NCBI GenBank assembly: GCA_963817615.1
Contig: CAWFPH010000003.1
Location: forward strand, 1,822,718 to 1,886,717
Reading direction: 5' to 3'
DNA: 64,000 nucleotides
DNA from: an uncultured Gammaproteobacteria bacterium
GTDB lineage: Bacteria > Pseudomonadota > Gammaproteobacteria > Steroidobacterales > Rariloculaceae
In this document: positions 61,122 to 64,000 of the stretch, in pieces
Numbering within the stretch: position 1 is the stretch's first letter
Layout of the letters: every line of letters starts with the position of its first letter
Program-made: the position numbers and the translations under genes
Notes under the pieces: model-generated
The model's input: the letters and a program-made list of their open reading frames with translations, nothing else
Database searches by the model: none
Told to the model about the DNA's origin: nothing

Positions 61122-62494
61122 GAGCCGAAGATTCTGGTGAGGTCGTTGTAGAAGACGAATGTCATCAGCACGATCAAAAAGAACACGCCGATCTTTTGGC
61201 CGATAACCACAGCGCGCTCCGATAGCGGTGAGCCCTTGACCCACTCGGCGAGCTGGTATGCGACCTGGCCGCCGTCGAGCACCGGTATCGGCAACAGGTT
61301 CAGAATGCCGAGACTGATGCTGATCACCGCCAGGAAGTTCATGAAGCTGCGCAGGCCTGCCTTGGCGCTGTCGCCCGCATAGGTCGCGATCGTGAGCGGG
61401 CCGGAGACGTTCTTGAGCGAGACATCGCCGACGACCATGCGCGCGAGCATGCGCACGGTGAGCGCACTCATCTCCCATGCCTTCGCAGCGCCACGCGGCA
61501 GCGCCTCGAAAAGGCCGTAGCGCTGCTCCGCCTGGAGCGCATCGATCTCGGCCTGCGGAAACTCGAGCTTAGGCCCGGCGCCGATGCGGCCGATCATACG
61601 GCCGCGATCCTCTGCCTGGCCGATCGCGAGCGTGAGCGTGATCCGCTCGCCGTTGCGCTCGACGTCGAGCGGCACGGTGACGTTCGGCCGCTGCCGCACG
61701 AACGCGACCCAGTCTTCCCAGCCATGGATGGTCTGGCCGTCCGCGGCCACGACGCGGTCGCCCTTCTGCAAGCCGGCCTCGGCCGCGGGCGAGTCCGGCA
61801 TGATCTCGTCGACCACCGCCGGCAGCACGGGAGCCGGCCGGATCCCCAAACCCGTGAACAGCGCCGACGGCTCGGTCAGCTCTTCCTCGCGACCGTGCAC
61901 GTCGAGCGACACGTTACGCACGGTGCCGTCGGCATCCCGCACGCGCAGATCGAGCCGGCCGTTCGCGAGCATCTCGTCGAAGATCGCGAGCGTGGCGCCC
62001 TCCCAGGTGTCGGTCTCGCGGCCGCCCACCGCCAGGATTCGATCGTCCGCCTCGAGGCCCGAGCGAGCCGCGACGGAGCCCTCGACCACCGCACCGACCA
62101 CGGGCTTGATGCCCGGCACGCCGGCCGCGAACAACGCCCAGTAGGCCACGATCGCGAACAGGAAGTTGAAGCCGGGCCCCGCGAGCAGCACGAGCACTCG
62201 CTGCCAAACGGGTCGGCCCGTAAACGAGCGGTGGCTCTCGACGGCCGCCACCGGGCCTTCGCGCTCGTCGAGCATCTTGACGTAGCCGCCGAGCGGAATC
62301 ATCGACAGCCAGTACTCGGTGTAGTCGGGCGCCCCGCCGCGCCAAACGGCGAGCGGCCGGCCGAAGCCGATCGAGAAGCGCACGACCTTGAAACCTAGGC
62401 GGCGCGCGACCCAGAAATGGCCGAACTCGTGCACCGATACGAGCACGCCGATCGCCACGATAAACGCAAGAACATTCAGGCCAGCGTCGAGCAT
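61118..62494 (-). CDS. rseP: Sigma-E protease regulator RseP (site-2 zinc metalloprotease)
   Basis: The HEFGH zinc motif (VSVHEFGHFWVAR), two PDZ-like regions and a C-terminal ...NLLPIPVLDGG... motif. Confidence 0.95.
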   Translation of the reverse strand: MLDAGLNVLAFIVAIGVLVSVHEFGHFWVARRLGFKVVRFSIGFGRPLAVWRGGAPDYTEYWLSMIPLGGYVKMLDEREGPVAAVESHRSFTGRPVWQRVLVLLAGPGFNFLFAIVAYWALFAAGVPGIKPVVGAVVEGSVAARSGLEADDRILAVGGRETDTWEGATLAIFDEMLANGRLDLRVRDADGTVRNVSLDVHGREEELTEPSALFTGLGIRPAPVLPAVVDEIMPDSPAAEAGLQKGDRVVAADGQTIHGWEDWVAFVRQRPNVTVPLDVERNGERITLTLAIGQAEDRGRMIGRIGAGPKLEFPQAEIDALQAEQRYGLFEALPRGAAKAWEMSALTVRMLARMVVGDVSLKNVSGPLTIATYAGDSAKAGLRSFMNFLAVISISLGILNLLPIPVLDGGQVAYQLAEWVKGSPLSERAVVIGQKIGVFFLIVLMTFVFYNDLTRIFGS

Positions 62495-62686
62495 CGACAG
62501 TCCAATATCGGGTCCGCGGTCCTTCGATCCAGCGATCGGAACGGGGCATTCTAGCTGTTCGGGTCGTTGGCTGCCGAGCGCCCCGATCGATTGCGCCCGT
62601 CTCCCTCGCCGTCGCGCCCAGACCGCACGCGGCCTTTGGCCCCCTGTCGCTACAGACCGCCCGCCCGATGCGCAGTTCCGCGGCCG

Positions 62687-63484
62687 TTAGTGGCCGAGCA
62701 GCCCGGCGAGCTTGATGCCGAGCACGAATACCGGCACCGCGGCCGTCAAGCTGTCGATGCGATCGAGCACGCCGCCGTGCCCCGGCAGCAGCTTGCCGCT
62801 GTCCTTGAGGCCCGCGTTGCGCTTGAACATGCTCGCCGTGAGATCGCCGACGACCGACACGAGCGCGGTCGCGACGCCGAGGCTCACGAGCACTCCGACC
62901 GGCAGCGCGAGCAGCCAGGCGGCCGCCGCGCCGGCCAGCGCGGCCAGCAACACGCCGCCGCTCACCCCCTCCCAAGTCTTGCCGGGGCTCACCGACGGGG
63001 CGAGCTTCACGCGGCCGAACAATCGGCCGGCCGCGTAGGCGCCGACGTCGGCCGCCCAAACGATCGCGAACGCGGTCATCGTGAGGCTCGGTCCGAGCGG
63101 GCCGCTGTCGTGCAGCCGTGCGAGCAGCGCCCACGACGGCCACAAGACGACCGCGCCGGCCGCGAGCACGGTCGCCGCCGCGAACCGATGCGGATAGCTC
63201 AGCAGCGCACCGAGCGCAATCAGCCACCACAGCAGCGCGGCGCCGAGCATCACGCCGGTGGCGGGCCCGAGCGCGGCGAGGGTCCCGGCCATGCCGAGGA
63301 GGAGCAGCGCGACGTACGCTGCGCGCCTGCCCGTTGACAGCCGCGCGAACCCCGCCCATTCCCACGCGCCCGCGAGCCACAGCACGCCGAGCGCCGCCGC
63401 GGCCGCGGGCCCGGGCAGGAGCAGAATCGCCGCAATGATCGATGCCCCGAACAGAACGCCCGTGATGATGCGCGTCGTCAGCAA
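62687..63484 (-). CDS. cdsA: Phosphatidate cytidylyltransferase
   Basis: Polytopic membrane protein with the C-terminal signature ...SMFKRNAGLKDSGKLLPGHGGVLDRIDS... TTG start overlapping the uppS stop. Confidence 0.9.
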   Translation of the reverse strand: MLTTRIITGVLFGASIIAAILLLPGPAAAAALGVLWLAGAWEWAGFARLSTGRRAAYVALLLLGMAGTLAALGPATGVMLGAALLWWLIALGALLSYPHRFAAATVLAAGAVVLWPSWALLARLHDSGPLGPSLTMTAFAIVWAADVGAYAAGRLFGRVKLAPSVSPGKTWEGVSGGVLLAALAGAAAAWLLALPVGVLVSLGVATALVSVVGDLTASMFKRNAGLKDSGKLLPGHGGVLDRIDSLTAAVPVFVLGIKLAGLLGH

Positions 63485-64000
63485 CCCACGGCCTCGATCT
63501 GCTCTCCGGTTTGTCCGAAGCGCCGCTGCCGCAACGAGTAGAACTCAATAGCCTTGCGCAGCTCGGCGGCCGTGAAGTCCGGCCATAGGACGTCGGAGAA
63601 AAAGACCTCGGCGTAGGCGATGTCCCAAAGGAGAAAGTTGCTGATGCGCTTTTCGCCGCCGGTGCGGATCAGAAGGTCGACGCTCGGGAAGCCGGCGGTC
63701 TGGAGCGCCGCTGCGAATTTGTCCTCGTCGATGGCGCGGGGATCGAGCACGCCGGCCGCCGCCTCGGCAGCGAGCTTGCGCGCGGCTTGCACGAGATCCC
63801 ATCGCCCGCCGTACGCAACCGCGACCACGAGATCCATGCGCACGTTCGCGCCCGTCTGCACGACGGCGGCCTCGGTCGCGCGGCGCAGCGCCGGATTCAG
63901 CGCATCGAGGTCGCCGATGAATTTGAGGCGAATGCCGTTGCCGTGCAGCTCCGCGACCTCGCGCTCGAGCGCGTCGACGAACAGCGACATCAAGCCTTTG
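63478..64000 (-). CDS. uppS: Undecaprenyl-diphosphate synthase (C-terminal part; the N-terminus lies beyond the right edge of the window)
   Basis: ...AVAYGGRWD...VDLLIRTGGEKRISNFLLWDIAYAEVFFSDVLWPDF... This is the canonical cis-prenyltransferase C-terminal half. The reading frame remains open to position 64000. Confidence 0.9.
   Translation of the reverse strand, partial: KGLMSLFVDALEREVAELHGNGIRLKFIGDLDALNPALRRATEAAVVQTGANVRMDLVVAVAYGGRWDLVQAARKLAAEAAAGVLDPRAIDEDKFAAALQTAGFPSVDLLIRTGGEKRISNFLLWDIAYAEVFFSDVLWPDFTAAELRKAIEFYSLRQRRFGQTGEQIEAVGC

Noticed and set aside
62495-62686. The 192-bp gap between cdsA and rseP, where dxr sits in some relatives. It was checked for a tRNA, small gene or gene remnant.
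   Set aside because: No tRNA-like T-arm or anticodon structure, no convincing ORF, and no dxr-like translated fragment was recognisable by eye. Only a weak TAGAAT -10-like hexamer (62553->62548) was found.

Overview
High-GC gammaproteobacterial-type chromosomal window. It consists almost entirely of conserved housekeeping blocks, mostly on the minus strand. I saw no rRNA, tRNA, CRISPR array, transposase or integrase.

Gene content, left to right:
- two tandem LolC/E permeases
- a small accessory patch: secreted proteins, two beta-barrel OMPs, an FAD amine oxidase and a DUF72 protein
- class-I DAHP synthase, then mfd and a CsiV-like protein
- PAS-GGDEF protein, MTAP-like phosphorylase, hpt, nagZ, an L,D-transpeptidase, a CYTH protein, rlmD and a PolB-like exonuclease
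- the E. coli-like array acpS-pdxJ-recO-era-rnc-(DUF4845)-lepB-lepA-(grx-like)-rseC-rseB-rseA-rpoE
- ygfX-sdhE-sdhBADC-DUF1674
- an HTH-fused citrate-synthase-family gene, divergent from a short citrate synthase, then ygfZ
- lysS-prfB (classic +1 programmed frameshift), an Mth938-like gene and a tandem-domain Arr
- nlpD-pcm-surE, ftsB, eno, kdsA, pyrG, tilS, accA and dnaE
- lpxB-lpxA-fabZ-lpxD-skp-bamA-rseP, then cdsA and uppS (partial)

Many ORF-track entries are long spurious antisense or 5'-extended ORFs, as expected for high-GC DNA. I trimmed starts where homolog N-termini, Shine-Dalgarno (SD) sequences or stop/start overlaps supported it.

Most interesting observations:
1. A 26-codon leader ORF with the run F-Y-F-W-Y-H-A-F, followed by an antiterminator/terminator arrangement, lies directly upstream of the DAHP synthase gene. 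This is a candidate aromatic-amino-acid attenuator.
2. A citrate-synthase-family protein is fused to an N-terminal HTH. It sits at the head of the sdh cluster, next to an AT-rich perfect palindrome, and opposite a citrate synthase whose catalytic Asp position reads Glu.
3. A rifampin ADP-ribosyltransferase (Arr) consists of two tandem Arr domains in one polypeptide.
4. lpxB carries an apparent 1-nt frameshift.
5. A LOV-like PAS domain lacking the Cys is fused to a degenerate GGDEF domain that keeps the RxxD I-site.

All calls rest on reading the sequence and on recalled family knowledge. No database search was run.
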